32,172 nucleotides of DNA from an uncultured Clostridia bacterium. GTDB taxonomy: Bacteria > Bacillota > Clostridia > Christensenellales > UBA1242. The notes under the pieces were generated by a model, which ran no database searches, was not told the origin of the DNA, and saw nothing but the letters and a program-made list of their open reading frames with translations. Position numbers and translations under genes: made by a program. The stretch is taken from assembly GCA_944361835.1 (NCBI GenBank), contig CALVTI010000021.1:1-32172 (forward strand). The letters are read 5' to 3'. Shown here piece after piece: positions 1-9,473 of this stretch. Position 1 is the stretch's first letter; every line of letters begins with the position of its first letter.

Positions 1-16
1 TTTTTTTAAAAAGCGC

Positions 17-45
17 TTGACAAGTTGTGGGCGCTTTAGTATAAT
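17..45 (+). promoter_or_regulatory. sigmaA promoter of the S10 operon
   Basis: TTGACA (17-22), 17 bp spacer, TATAAT (40-45); perfect consensus upstream of rpsJ. Confidence 0.93.
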
Positions 46-51
46 GCCATT

Positions 52-267
52 GTCGCATATTATGGGTTGATGCACGAGGTTACTTTGTTTAGCCGATAAG
101 CAAAGAGAATTTGTGCGGACAAGTTTGAGCTTTGACTCAGGCGAACATCTTCATAGTGGTCTCATATTTTTTTTGAGCTAGGGTGTGACACGCACGGATA
201 AGTGTACTAGCTGACCGCTTTTAAAGAGTGGAGATGTGAATATTTTACTAGGAGGATACAAAATTTT
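52..267 (+). ncRNA. Structured 5' leader of the S10 operon, probable ribosomal-protein leader RNA
   Basis: About 215-nt UTR with nested stems: TATGGG/TTCATA, GATG/CATC, GCACGAG/TTTGTGC, CTTTGTTTA/TAAGCAAAG, GTTTGAG/CTCAGGC and AGCTAG/CTAGCT. Position matches known Firmicute rpsJ leaders. Confidence 0.65.
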
Positions 268-573
268 ATGCAAGAAAAGATGAGAATCAAACTTAAAGCT
301 TACGACCACGCTCTTCTTGATGAGGCCTGCCAGAGAATTATGGAGACTTCTAAAAAGGGTGGGGCTAGAGTGGCTGGGCCGATCGTGCTTCCTACAAAGA
401 GAGAAGTCATCACCATCATTCGTTCACCACACAAGGACAAAGACAGCCGTGAGCAGTTTGAGAGCAGAACTCACCAAAGAATGATCGACATTTATAGTCC
501 AAATTCTAAGACAGTTGACGCTCTTATGAAACTTGATTTGCCTGCTGGCGTAGACATTAAAATAAAACTTTAA
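268..573 (+). CDS. rpsJ: 30S ribosomal protein S10
   Basis: RIKLKAYDH...[14 protein letters not shown] motifs; AGGAGG RBS. Confidence 0.99.
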   Translation: MQEKMRIKLKAYDHALLDEACQRIMETSKKGGARVAGPIVLPTKREVITIIRSPHKDKDSREQFESRTHQRMIDIYSPNSKTVDALMKLDLPAGVDIKIKL

Positions 574-635
574 TTCGATTTTTAATCGGCAAAATATGAT
601 GAAGCAGAAGCTTCAAAGAAATTTATGGAGGAGAA

Positions 636-1271
636 ATGAAAAAAGCAATTATAGGCAAAAAATTGGGCATGACACAGATCTTTACACCTAATGGCGTAGT
701 TGTGCCTGTAACTGTTGTAGAAGCTGGCCCTTGTGCAGTAGTAGACAAAAAGTCTGCTGGCAAGGAAGGCTATGATGCGGTTGTTCTTGCTTTTGACGAA
801 ACAAAAGAGCAAAGACTAAACAGGCCTGAACTTGGTTTGTACAAAAAAGCTGGCGTAAGCCCAAGAAAAGTAAAGAGAGAGTTTAAGCTTGACGGCGACT
901 ATGAGATTGGAGCCGAGCTTAAATGTGATATCTTCAGCGAAGGCGACAAGGTAGATGTTCAGGGCATCACTAGAGGTCGTGGCTTCACTGGCGTTATTCA
1001 AAGATGGAACCAACACAGACTCAAGATGAGCCACGGCACAGGCCCTGTGCACAGAGAGGTGGGCTCTATGGGAGCAAACTCCACGCCTTCTAAGGTCATG
1101 AAAAACAAACACATGGCTGGTCAATACGGCGCAGAGAAAGTCACAATTCAAAATCTTGAGATAGTAAAAGTCGACGCTGACAGAAATATTCTTTTAGTAA
1201 AAGGCTGTGTGCCTGGCCCTAGAGGAAGCATCGTTGTCGTTAAAGAAGCCGTTAAAGGAAAAAGGAGCTAG
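636..1271 (+). CDS. rplC: 50S ribosomal protein L3
   Basis: [21 protein letters not shown] and KGCVPGP motifs; operon order. Confidence 0.99.
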   Translation: MKKAIIGKKLGMTQIFTPNGVVVPVTVVEAGPCAVVDKKSAGKEGYDAVVLAFDETKEQRLNRPELGLYKKAGVSPRKVKREFKLDGDYEIGAELKCDIFSEGDKVDVQGITRGRGFTGVIQRWNQHRLKMSHGTGPVHREVGSMGANSTPSKVMKNKHMAGQYGAEKVTIQNLEIVKVDADRNILLVKGCVPGPRGSIVVVKEAVKGKRS

Positions 1272-1274
1272 AGT

Positions 1275-1898
1275 ATGGCACAAGTTAAAGTTTACAACAT
1301 GAAAGCCGAAGTCGTAGGCTCACTAGAACTTAAAGACGACATTTTTGGCGTAGAGTACAACGAGCCTGTCATTCATGAAGTCATCGTCGCTCAAAACGCA
1401 AACAAGCGTCAAGGCACAAAGAGCGCGCTCACCAGAAGCGAGGTGAGAGGTCACGCTAAAAAGCCTTACAGACAAAAACACACAGGAAGAGCTCGTCAAG
1501 GCAGCACAAAGGCGCCTCACCAGACTGGTGGCGGAGTTGCATTTGCGCCAAAGCCAAGAGACTTCTCAAAGAAAGTCAACAAACAAGTTAAGCGTCTTGC
1601 CTTTGTTTCAGCTCTCAGCGAAAAACTTAGACAAAACGAACTCACAGTCATTGACGAGTTCAAACTCACCGAGCCTAAGACAAAAGAAGCTAATGCTTTC
1701 TTAAAAGCCTTTGGTTTTGACAGAAGCGTCATGGTAGTTGTTGGCAAAGACGACGAAGTGGCAAAGAGAGCTATGGCAAACCTTCCTAAGGCATCTATCA
1801 CGACAGCTGACACCTTAAGCGTTTATGACATTGTTTCAAACAAGAGATTGGTGCTTTCTAAAGATGCTATAGACGAAATAGAGGAGGCAAGAGTATGA
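1275..1898 (+). CDS. rplD: 50S ribosomal protein L4
   Basis: [13 protein letters not shown]...TGRARQGS...[12 protein letters not shown]. Confidence 0.99.
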   Translation: MAQVKVYNMKAEVVGSLELKDDIFGVEYNEPVIHEVIVAQNANKRQGTKSALTRSEVRGHAKKPYRQKHTGRARQGSTKAPHQTGGGVAFAPKPRDFSKKVNKQVKRLAFVSALSEKLRQNELTVIDEFKLTEPKTKEANAFLKAFGFDRSVMVVVGKDDEVAKRAMANLPKASITTADTLSVYDIVSNKRLVLSKDAIDEIEEARV

Positions 1899-2200
1899 AA
1901 AGCGCATATGACATAATCAAAAGACCTCTTATGACTGAAAAAAGCTATGCAGGAATTCAAAGCAAAATTTATACTTTCGAAGTTGCTAAAGACGCAAACA
2001 AGATAGAGATAAAGAAAGCTGTTGAGGACATTTTTAAAGTCAAAGTGGACAAAGTAAACACCCTCATCGTAAAGGGTCATGAAAAGTCTCAAAACACTAG
2101 AGCTGGCAGAACTGTTGGCAGAACTAGTGACTACAAAAAAGCAATCGTAACACTTAAAGAAGATAGCAAACCTATTGCTTTCTTTGAGAGTTTGAGCTAG
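1895..2200 (+). CDS. rplW: 50S ribosomal protein L23
   Basis: [12 protein letters not shown]...[11 protein letters not shown]...KKAIVTL. Confidence 0.99.
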   Translation: MKSAYDIIKRPLMTEKSYAGIQSKIYTFEVAKDANKIEIKKAVEDIFKVKVDKVNTLIVKGHEKSQNTRAGRTVGRTSDYKKAIVTLKEDSKPIAFFESLS

Positions 2201-2208
2201 GAGGAAAC

Positions 2209-3036
2209 ATGGCAGTAAAAACGCGCAAGCCTACTTCAGCAGGACAAAGATTTGTTTCTAGCACATCCTTTGAGGAGCTTTCAAAAGTTAAGCCTACAAA
2301 GAGCTTGCTTGCTAAAAAACAAAAAAATGCTGGAAGAAATGCACAAGGCAAAATTACAGTTCGTCATCACGGTGGCGGAAACAGACAAAAGTATAGAATC
2401 ATAGATTTCAAGAGAAACAAAGATGGCATTAAGGCTAGAGTTGCTTCTATTGAATATGATCCAAACAGAACTTCTTTCATAGCGCTCCTCAACTACGAGG
2501 ACGGAGAAAAGAGATATATCTTAGCTCCTCTTGGCCTCACAGTAGGTGACGTTGTGATGAGCGGAAAAGATGCCGAGATAAAAGTGGGCAATGCTCTTCC
2601 TCTCGAGTTCATACCAGTCGGCTCTGTTGTTCACAACATCGAGCTTCAGGCTGGAAAGGGTGGCCAGCTCGCTAGAAGCGCTGGGGCTGAAGTTCAGCTC
2701 ATGGCAAAAGAGGGCAAGTACGCCACACTTAGAATGCCTAGCGGAGAGATGAGAAAAGTTCTTCTCACTTGCAAGGCTACAATTGGAAAAGTCGGCAACT
2801 TAGACCACGAGCTTGTTTCGCTTGGAAAGGCTGGAAGAAGTCGTCATATGGGCATAAGACCAGCTGTTCGTGGTGTAGTTATGAATCCTAATGACCACCC
2901 ACACGGTGGTGGTGAAGGCAAGAGCCCAGTCGGCATGGCATCTCCTGTTACGCCTTGGGGCAAACCTGCACTCGGTCTTAAGACAAGAAAACGCAATAAG
3001 GCTTCAAACAAGCTTATTATAAAGAGGGTGAATTAG
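2209..3036 (+). CDS. rplB: 50S ribosomal protein L2
   Basis: IEYDPNR and [13 protein letters not shown] motifs. Confidence 0.99.
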   Translation: MAVKTRKPTSAGQRFVSSTSFEELSKVKPTKSLLAKKQKNAGRNAQGKITVRHHGGGNRQKYRIIDFKRNKDGIKARVASIEYDPNRTSFIALLNYEDGEKRYILAPLGLTVGDVVMSGKDAEIKVGNALPLEFIPVGSVVHNIELQAGKGGQLARSAGAEVQLMAKEGKYATLRMPSGEMRKVLLTCKATIGKVGNLDHELVSLGKAGRSRHMGIRPAVRGVVMNPNDHPHGGGEGKSPVGMASPVTPWGKPALGLKTRKRNKASNKLIIKRVN

Positions 3037-3037
3037 T

Positions 3038-3313
3038 ATGAGTAGATCGCTTAAAAAACAACCATATGTATTTTCTAGACTCCTAAAGACTGTTGAGAAA
3101 ATGAACGAGTCTGGCTCTAAAAAGCCTATCAAAACTTGGTCTAGGTCTTCGACAATATATCCTGAGTTTGTAGGTTTCACCTTTGCAGTTTACAACGGTA
3201 AAAAACATATCCCAGTTTACTGCACAAGCGAAATGGTAGGTCACAAACTTGGCGAATTTGCTCCAACAAGAACTTTCAAAGGTCATGCTGGTTCTAAGGC
3301 TAAGGCTAAATAA
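3038..3313 (+). CDS. rpsS: 30S ribosomal protein S19
   Basis: IKTWSRSS...[15 protein letters not shown]. Confidence 0.99.
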   Translation: MSRSLKKQPYVFSRLLKTVEKMNESGSKKPIKTWSRSSTIYPEFVGFTFAVYNGKKHIPVYCTSEMVGHKLGEFAPTRTFKGHAGSKAKAK

Positions 3314-3330
3314 GGATAAGGAGATATAAA

Positions 3331-3717
3331 ATGGCAACTAGAATGAGAGAAAAAACAGAACAAAGAAAACAAGCTAAAGACACTCGTCCATACGCTAAAG
3401 TAAAGTATGTTAGAATGAGCCCGTCTAAGGTAAGAATTGTTCTTGACAACATTAGAGGCAAAAAGGCAGAAGATGCGCTCGCAATCCTCGAAAACAGCAC
3501 TCAGTCTGCAGCTGAGGTTTGCGCAAAGCTCTTAAAGTCTGCTATTGCCAACGCAGAAAACAACATGGGGCTCAACAGAGCTGACCTCATAGTAGCTGAA
3601 ACTTATGCTGGGCCTGGCCCGATCCTTAAGAGGATAAACATAAGAGCTAAGTCTAGAGCTGATAGGCTTTCAAAGAGGACTTGTCATATCACAATTATTC
3701 TTGGAGAAGGAAAGTAA
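3331..3717 (+). CDS. rplV: 50S ribosomal protein L22 (about 18-aa N-terminal extension)
   Basis: RMSPSKVR...KSAIANAENN...KRTCHITI. Confidence 0.98.
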   Translation: MATRMREKTEQRKQAKDTRPYAKVKYVRMSPSKVRIVLDNIRGKKAEDALAILENSTQSAAEVCAKLLKSAIANAENNMGLNRADLIVAETYAGPGPILKRINIRAKSRADRLSKRTCHITIILGEGK

Positions 3718-3727
3718 GGAGGGAAGT

Positions 3728-4393
3728 ATGGGACAAAAAGTTAATCCAATTGGTCTTAGAGTGGGCGTAAACAAAGATTGGGATTCCACTTGGTATGCTG
3801 GAAAGAAAGACTTTGCTTCTTTTCTGCTTGAAGACAAGAAAATAAGAAACTTTATTGAGAAAAAGTACAATCATTGCTCTATTTCTAAAGTGAGCATTGA
3901 AAGGACTCCTACAAAGGTTATAGTAAACATAAACACAGCTAGACCTGGCGTGCTCATCGGCACTAAGGGCGCTGGCGCTGATGCACTTAGAAAGGAGCTT
4001 TCAAAGATTGTTAGACCTGGCGTTAGCCTCATTGTAAACATCAAAGAGGTGAAAAAGCCAGACCTTGACGCAAAGCTTGTAGCAGATGGTATTGTCGCTC
4101 AGCTTGAAAAGCGTGTTTCGTTTAAGAGATGTTTAAAGCAAGCACTTCAAAGAGTTATGAAGAGCGGAGCTAAGGGTTGTAAGGTTCAGGTTAGTGGTGT
4201 AGTTGACGGAGCAAACAGTATTGCTCGTACAGAGCACTATATGGAAGGCTCACTTCCACTCCACACTATTAGAGCTGACATTGATTATGGCGTTTCATCT
4301 GCTTACACAAACTACGGAAAACTTGGCGTTAAGGTTTGGATATATAAGGGAGAAATTCTAGCTAAGGAGGAAAAGTCAAATGTTAATGCCTAA
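3728..4393 (+). CDS. rpsC: 30S ribosomal protein S3
   Basis: [11 protein letters not shown]...[11 protein letters not shown]...[10 protein letters not shown]. Start moved to ATG 3728, behind the AGGAGG RBS. Confidence 0.99.
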   Translation: MGQKVNPIGLRVGVNKDWDSTWYAGKKDFASFLLEDKKIRNFIEKKYNHCSISKVSIERTPTKVIVNINTARPGVLIGTKGAGADALRKELSKIVRPGVSLIVNIKEVKKPDLDAKLVADGIVAQLEKRVSFKRCLKQALQRVMKSGAKGCKVQVSGVVDGANSIARTEHYMEGSLPLHTIRADIDYGVSSAYTNYGKLGVKVWIYKGEILAKEEKSNVNA

Positions 4394-4796
4394 GAGAGTA
4401 AAGAGACGTCGTGTTCATAGAGGAAGAATGACTGGCGTCGCTACCAGAGGCAATACCCTTGCTTACGGAGACTACGGTCTTGTAGCAACTGAGCCTTGCT
4501 GGATTAAGTCGAATCAAATAGAAGCTGCTCGTATAGCTATGACTCGTTATATCAAAAGAGGCGGTCAGGTTTGGATCAAGATCTTCCCTGACAAGCCAGT
4601 GACTAAGAAACCAGCCGAAACTCGTATGGGTTCTGGTAAGGGTTCTCCAGAGTTCTGGGTTGCAGTAGTAAAGCCAGGCAGAGTTTTGTTTGAGATGAAC
4701 GGGGTTAGTGAAGAGATCGCTAGAGAAGCTCTTAGACTTGCTTCTCACAAGCTTCCTTGCAAAACAAAGTTTGTTAAGAAAGAGGAGAACGTATGA
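4380..4796 (+). CDS. rplP: 50S ribosomal protein L16
   Basis: QIEAARIA...ETRMGSGKG...LASHKLP. Confidence 0.99.
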   Translation: MLMPKRVKRRRVHRGRMTGVATRGNTLAYGDYGLVATEPCWIKSNQIEAARIAMTRYIKRGGQVWIKIFPDKPVTKKPAETRMGSGKGSPEFWVAVVKPGRVLFEMNGVSEEIAREALRLASHKLPCKTKFVKKEENV

Positions 4797-5002
4797 AAAA
4801 GAATGATATAAAAAGCTTAACGACCGACGAGCTTAACGCTAAGCTTGCCGAACTCAAAACAGAACTTTTCAACTTAAGATTCTCTCACGCAACTGGAAAT
4901 TTGCAAAACAATATGCAACTTCACAATGTAAAGAAAGATATAGCTAGAGTCAAAACAATTTTAAGAGAAAGAGAATTAAAAGCAAAAAAGGCTGAGGTGT
5001 AA
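4793..5002 (+). CDS. rpmC: 50S ribosomal protein L29
   Basis: ELFNLRF...KKDIARVKT. Confidence 0.98.
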   Translation: MKKNDIKSLTTDELNAKLAELKTELFNLRFSHATGNLQNNMQLHNVKKDIARVKTILRERELKAKKAEV

Positions 5003-5005
5003 GAT

Positions 5006-5272
5006 ATGGAAAACTTAGAAAGAAACTCAAGAATGACTAAACAAGGTGTTGTAGTAAAAGCAGGCACTATGGATAAGACTATAGTTGTAGCCGTAGTTTC
5101 CAACTCAAAGCACCCGCTTTACAAAAAAGTCGTAAAAAAGACTAAAAAGTTTAAGGTCCATGATGAAAACAACGAGTGTGGCGTTGGTGACACTGTTGAG
5201 ATTATGGAGACTAGACCTCTTAGCAAAGATAAGTATTATCGTCTGCTAAGAATAGTCGAGAAGGCTAAGTAG
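5006..5272 (+). CDS. rpsQ: 30S ribosomal protein S17
   Basis: MDKTIVV...HPLYKK...HDENN...ETRPLSK. Confidence 0.99.
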   Translation: MENLERNSRMTKQGVVVKAGTMDKTIVVAVVSNSKHPLYKKVVKKTKKFKVHDENNECGVGDTVEIMETRPLSKDKYYRLLRIVEKAK

Positions 5273-5283
5273 GAGGAAAGAGT

Positions 5284-5652
5284 ATGATACAACCACAAAC
5301 TATTTTAAAGGTTGCTGACAATACTGGCGCTAAAAAAATCATGTGTATTAGAGTACTTGGTGGTTCTTTTAGAAAGAGCGGAAACATTGGTGATGTCATC
5401 ATCGCTTCAGTAAAGAGCGCTCTCCCAGGCGGTTCAGTAAAGAAAGGTGATGTAGTTAAAGCTGTCATCGTAAGGTCAAGCAAAGGCCTTAGAAGAAGCG
5501 ATGGCACTCATATCAAATTTGACGACAACGCAGCCGTTATTATCGACAATCAAAAACAACCTAAAGGCACACGTATCTTTGGGCCTGTGGCCAGAGAGCT
5601 CCGTGATAGAGATTATATGAAGATTATTTCTCTCGCCTCTGAGGTTATTTAA
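5284..5652 (+). CDS. rplN: 50S ribosomal protein L14
   Basis: VADNTGAK...FDDNAAV...[13 protein letters not shown]. Confidence 0.99.
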   Translation: MIQPQTILKVADNTGAKKIMCIRVLGGSFRKSGNIGDVIIASVKSALPGGSVKKGDVVKAVIVRSSKGLRRSDGTHIKFDDNAAVIIDNQKQPKGTRIFGPVARELRDRDYMKIISLASEVI

Positions 5653-5663
5653 GGAGAATGACT

Positions 5664-6155
5664 ATGAAGATGAATATTAAAAAGGGTGATAACGTTCTTG
5701 TCATTGCTGGAAAAGACAAAGGCAAGACAGGAAAAGTAATGGAAGTTTCTCCTAGTCAAAACAAAGCCACAGTTGAGAACATCAACATGGTTACAAAACA
5801 CAAAAAGCCTAGAAATGCTCAAGAAAAAGGCGGAATAATTAAGATTGCAGCTCCTATGGAGATCTCAAACTTGATGGTTGTTTGCCAGACTTGTGGAAAA
5901 GCTACAAGAGTAGCTAGAAAAGAAGTTGATGGCAAAAACTGCCGTATCTGCAAAAAGTGCGGAGCCAGCCTTGATAGAGCTTATGTGAAGGCTGTCAAGA
6001 AAGAGGCTAAAAAGGCTGTAAAAGCTGAGGCTAAGGAAGAAAAGAAGAAAGACTCAAACGTCAAAGCTAGACCAGAGGCAAAGACTCAAGTCAAGACTAA
6101 AGCTATGGACAAGACTGTGACTACGCCAGCTGCTAGAAAGACAGGGTCTAAGTAA
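5664..6155 (+). CDS. rplX: 50S ribosomal protein L24 with long Lys/Ala-rich C-terminal tail
   Basis: KOW motif [18 protein letters not shown]. Start placed at ATG 5664, 7 nt after AGGAG. Confidence 0.97.
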   Translation: MKMNIKKGDNVLVIAGKDKGKTGKVMEVSPSQNKATVENINMVTKHKKPRNAQEKGGIIKIAAPMEISNLMVVCQTCGKATRVARKEVDGKNCRICKKCGASLDRAYVKAVKKEAKKAVKAEAKEEKKKDSNVKARPEAKTQVKTKAMDKTVTTPAARKTGSK

Positions 6156-6166
6156 GGAGAGAAGTT

Positions 6167-6715
6167 ATGGCAGAAAAAAGTAGACTTGGTGAGCTATATA
6201 AAAGCGAAATAGTTCCTGCTCTTATGAAAGCTCATTCTTATAAAAACATAAACGAAGTCCCAAAACTTGTTAAGATTACTCTAAACATGGGGCTTGGTGA
6301 AGTCAAAGACAACTCAAAAAGCTTTAATCTTGCTCTTGACGAACTCACAGCTATAGCTGGTCAAAAGGCAGTCGCAACTAAGGCTAAAAAGGCTATCTCA
6401 AACTTCAAGGTGAGAGAAAACATGAAAGTGGGCGCCATGGTCACTCTTCGTGGTAAGAAGATGTATGAGTTTTTAGACAGGCTCATCTCTATAGCTCTTC
6501 CTAGAGTTAGAGACTTTAGAGGCGTTTCTCCAAAGTCATTTGACGGAAGAGGAAACTATTCTATGGGCGTGAAAGAACAGATCATATTCCCAGAGATTTC
6601 TTACGACAAGATCGAAAGAATTAGAGGATTTGATATAAACATCATCACGACGGCTAAGACCGACGCTGAAGCGCTAGACCTTCTCAAGGCATTTGGTATG
6701 CCTTTTAGGAAATAA
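6167..6715 (+). CDS. rplE: 50S ribosomal protein L5
   Basis: LPRVRDFRG...FDGRGNY...QIIFPEI. Confidence 0.99.
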   Translation: MAEKSRLGELYKSEIVPALMKAHSYKNINEVPKLVKITLNMGLGEVKDNSKSFNLALDELTAIAGQKAVATKAKKAISNFKVRENMKVGAMVTLRGKKMYEFLDRLISIALPRVRDFRGVSPKSFDGRGNYSMGVKEQIIFPEISYDKIERIRGFDINIITTAKTDAEALDLLKAFGMPFRK

Positions 6716-6725
6716 GGAGTAAAAG

Positions 6726-6911
6726 ATGGCAAAGAAAGCATTAAAAGAAAAACAACAAAAAAAGCAAAAATTTTCCACGAGAGAATACACTCGTTGCTCA
6801 CTATGTGGCAGACCACACGCCGTTTTGAAAAAGTATGGAATCTGCAGAATATGCTTTAGAGAGCTCGCTTCTAAAGGCGAAATCCCTGGCGTGAAGAAGA
6901 GCAGTTGGTAA
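6726..6911 (+). CDS. rpsN: 30S ribosomal protein S14, zinc-binding type Z
   Basis: 61 aa; RCSLCGRP...CRICFRE. Confidence 0.99.
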   Translation: MAKKALKEKQQKKQKFSTREYTRCSLCGRPHAVLKKYGICRICFRELASKGEIPGVKKSSW

Positions 6912-6924
6912 AAGGAGAGAAGAT

Positions 6925-7323
6925 ATGATAGTTACAGATCCAATCGCAGATATGCTTACTAGAATTAGAAACGCTATCACTGCAAGGCATGAAAGCGTGA
7001 GCATTCCTGCATCTAAAGAGAAATTGGCTATTGCAGAAATACTTTCTAAAGAAGGTTATATCCGTGGCTACGAACTTGTGGAAGCAGAAGGTCACAAAAA
7101 CATAAAAGTTGACATCAAGTATGATGAAAACGGCGAAAGCGTTATTCAGGGGCTCAAGAGAATTTCTAAGCCTGGCCTTAGAGTTTACGCAAAGGCTGAC
7201 AATCTTCCAAGAGTCATCAGCGGTCTCGGCATAGCTATTGTAAGCACAAACAAAGGTATTTTAACAGACAAACAAGCAAGGAGTGCAGGCGTTGGCGGCG
7301 AAGTGCTTGCATACGTTTGGTAG
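6925..7323 (+). CDS. rpsH: 30S ribosomal protein S8
   Basis: [13 protein letters not shown]...[10 protein letters not shown]...GGEVLAYVW. Confidence 0.99.
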   Translation: MIVTDPIADMLTRIRNAITARHESVSIPASKEKLAIAEILSKEGYIRGYELVEAEGHKNIKVDIKYDENGESVIQGLKRISKPGLRVYAKADNLPRVISGLGIAIVSTNKGILTDKQARSAGVGGEVLAYVW

Positions 7324-7332
7324 GAGGAAACT

Positions 7333-7884
7333 ATGTCAAGAATAGGAAAAAAAGAAATCGTTATGCCAGCTGGCGTGAGCGCTAGCGTGGGAGAGGGTAA
7401 TGTAGTTACTGTCTCTGGACCAAAAGGCTCACTTAGCCAAAAGATGGACAGAACGATCAAGCTTAACATAGATGGCCAAACTCTTCATCTCACAAGACAA
7501 AACGACGAGAGCCAAACTAAAGCATATCACGGCCTTTATAGAGCACTCATTGCAAACATGGTAAAGGGCGTAAGCGAAGGCTTTTCAAGGACTCTTGAGA
7601 TAAACGGAGTCGGCTATAAAGCAAATAAGCAGGGCTCAAAGCTCGTCCTAAACCTTGGACTTTCTCACCCTATTGAGGTCGAGGAAATCGAGGGCGTTAA
7701 GATTGAGTGCCCAAGCGCCACTGAAATAAAGGTGAGCGGAATAGACAAGCAGGTGGTGGGCGAATTTGCTGCAAAGATAAGATCGCTTAGACCTGTAGAG
7801 CCATACCACGCATACGGCATTAAATATGCTGGTGAAAGAGTAATTAGAAAAGTCGGAAAAACAGCTGGAAAAGGCAAGAAATAA
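7333..7884 (+). CDS. rplF: 50S ribosomal protein L6
   Basis: MSRIGKK...GPKGSL...GVGYKA...SGIDKQ. Confidence 0.99.
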   Translation: MSRIGKKEIVMPAGVSASVGEGNVVTVSGPKGSLSQKMDRTIKLNIDGQTLHLTRQNDESQTKAYHGLYRALIANMVKGVSEGFSRTLEINGVGYKANKQGSKLVLNLGLSHPIEVEEIEGVKIECPSATEIKVSGIDKQVVGEFAAKIRSLRPVEPYHAYGIKYAGERVIRKVGKTAGKGKK

Positions 7885-7897
7885 GGAGTAGGTCACA

Positions 7898-8266
7898 ATG
7901 ATAAAGAAATGTGATAAGAATGCAGAAAGATTAAAAAGACACGCCCGTGTTAGAAACCACCTTTCAGGAACGGCTGAGCGTCCAAGACTCTGCATCTATA
8001 GAAGTCTAAACAGTATATATGCTCAAATAATAGACGACACCAAAGGCGCTACACTTGTTAGTTGCAACTCTCTTGAGAAAGAGCTTGAAAAGCAAATCTC
8101 AAAGAAGTCTAAGACCGAACAAGCTAAGGTAGTAGGAGCCACAGTGGCTAAGAGAGCTATGGAAAAAGGTATCACCGAAGTTGTGTTCGATAGAGGCGGA
8201 TATCTCTATACTGGAAGAGTAGCTGCACTTGCAGACGCTGCAAGAGAGCAAGGGCTCAAGTTTTAG
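7898..8266 (+). CDS. rplR: 50S ribosomal protein L18
   Basis: GTAERPRL...YAQIIDD...[21 protein letters not shown]. Confidence 0.99.
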   Translation: MIKKCDKNAERLKRHARVRNHLSGTAERPRLCIYRSLNSIYAQIIDDTKGATLVSCNSLEKELEKQISKKSKTEQAKVVGATVAKRAMEKGITEVVFDRGGYLYTGRVAALADAAREQGLKF

Positions 8267-8274
8267 GAGGGGAC

Positions 8275-8823
8275 ATGGAAGAAGTAAAGAAAGATAAAAA
8301 AGAAGCTAGACAAGCTAGACCTCGTAGAGAAGAAAGACCAAGGCGTGAAGACGATGGCATTGAGAAAAACCTTGTCGCTGTTAGAAGAGTCACAAAAGTA
8401 GTTAAGGGTGGCCGAACAATGCGTTTTAGCGCTCTTGTTGTAGTGGGCGATAAGAAAGGAAATGTTGGGCTTGGTATAGGCAAGGCCAGCGAAGTTCCAG
8501 CTGCTATAGACAAGGCTACAGTTATGGCTAAAAAATCTATGAAGCCTATAAGCATTGTAGACGGCACTATTGCACACGAGACTGAAGGAAAGTTTGGGAC
8601 ATCTTCTGTAAAGCTTTTCCCAGCTAAACCTGGTACTGGAGTTATTGCAGGCGGAAGCGCAAGAGCTGTTTTGGAGCTTGCAGGCATTAAAGATGTCGTT
8701 ACGAAAGTTCATGGCTCTAGAAATAAAATAAACTGCGTAAAGGCCACTTTTGAAGGTCTCACAAAGATCCAGACAAAAGAGCAAATTGCTAAAAAGCGTG
8801 GCATTCCAGTAGAGAGCTTATAA
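8275..8823 (+). CDS. rpsE: 30S ribosomal protein S5
   Basis: RVTKVVKGGR...PGTGVIAGG; charged N-terminal extension. Confidence 0.99.
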   Translation: MEEVKKDKKEARQARPRREERPRREDDGIEKNLVAVRRVTKVVKGGRTMRFSALVVVGDKKGNVGLGIGKASEVPAAIDKATVMAKKSMKPISIVDGTIAHETEGKFGTSSVKLFPAKPGTGVIAGGSARAVLELAGIKDVVTKVHGSRNKINCVKATFEGLTKIQTKEQIAKKRGIPVESL

Positions 8824-8833
8824 GAGGTGCATT

Positions 8834-9016
8834 ATGACAAAAAATTTGAAAGTAACATGGGTCAAAAGCTGTATTGGCTACAATAAAGAACAAGCTAAAA
8901 TAATTGAAGCTCTTGGCTTTAAAAAACTAAACCAGACAAGAATTTTGCCAGACAACGCTAGCATTAGAGGTAGCCTCTTTCATGTTAGACATTTGGTGAA
9001 AGTAGAAGAAGTGTAG
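8834..9016 (+). CDS. rpmD: 50S ribosomal protein L30
   Basis: 60 aa; [11 protein letters not shown]...ALG...IRG...HLVKVEE; lies between rpsE and rplO. Confidence 0.97.
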   Translation: MTKNLKVTWVKSCIGYNKEQAKIIEALGFKKLNQTRILPDNASIRGSLFHVRHLVKVEEV

Positions 9017-9026
9017 GGAGGAAAAT

Positions 9027-9473
9027 ATGAACATAGAAACACTTAAACCTGCAGAAAATTCTAGAAAAAAGGCTACAAGAGTTGGGCGAGGCCTTGGAAG
9101 CGGAATTGGCAAAACTAGTGGAAAAGGTCATAAGGGCCAAAATGCTCGAAGTGGCGGAGGCGTTAGACCTGGCTTTGAAGGCGGTCAGCTTCCTCTTATA
9201 AGAAAGCTCCCAATTCGCGGATTTAACAATTACAAATTTAGAAAGGTATATTCCACTGTAAACGTGGGCGACCTTGAAAAGTTTGAACCAAACACAGAAA
9301 TCACTTTAGAACTTCTATATGAAGACAGAGTTGTTGGAAAAATGGAAGAATATGGGCTCAAGGTTCTTGGCAATGGAGAGCTCACAAAACCACTCATCGT
9401 CAAAGCTAAAAAGTTTACTGACGCTGCAAAGGAGAAGATAGAAAAAGCTGGCGGTAAAGTCGAGGTGATTTAA
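9027..9473 (+). CDS. rplO: 50S ribosomal protein L15
   Basis: [20 protein letters not shown]...GFEGGQ. Confidence 0.99.
   Translation: MNIETLKPAENSRKKATRVGRGLGSGIGKTSGKGHKGQNARSGGGVRPGFEGGQLPLIRKLPIRGFNNYKFRKVYSTVNVGDLEKFEPNTEITLELLYEDRVVGKMEEYGLKVLGNGELTKPLIVKAKKFTDAAKEKIEKAGGKVEVI

Noticed and set aside
5461-5480. AGG-to-Met reassignment as known from some uncultured Bacilli
   Set aside because: AGG falls at a conserved Arg (rplN VIVR). CGG usage was not counted, so it remains untested
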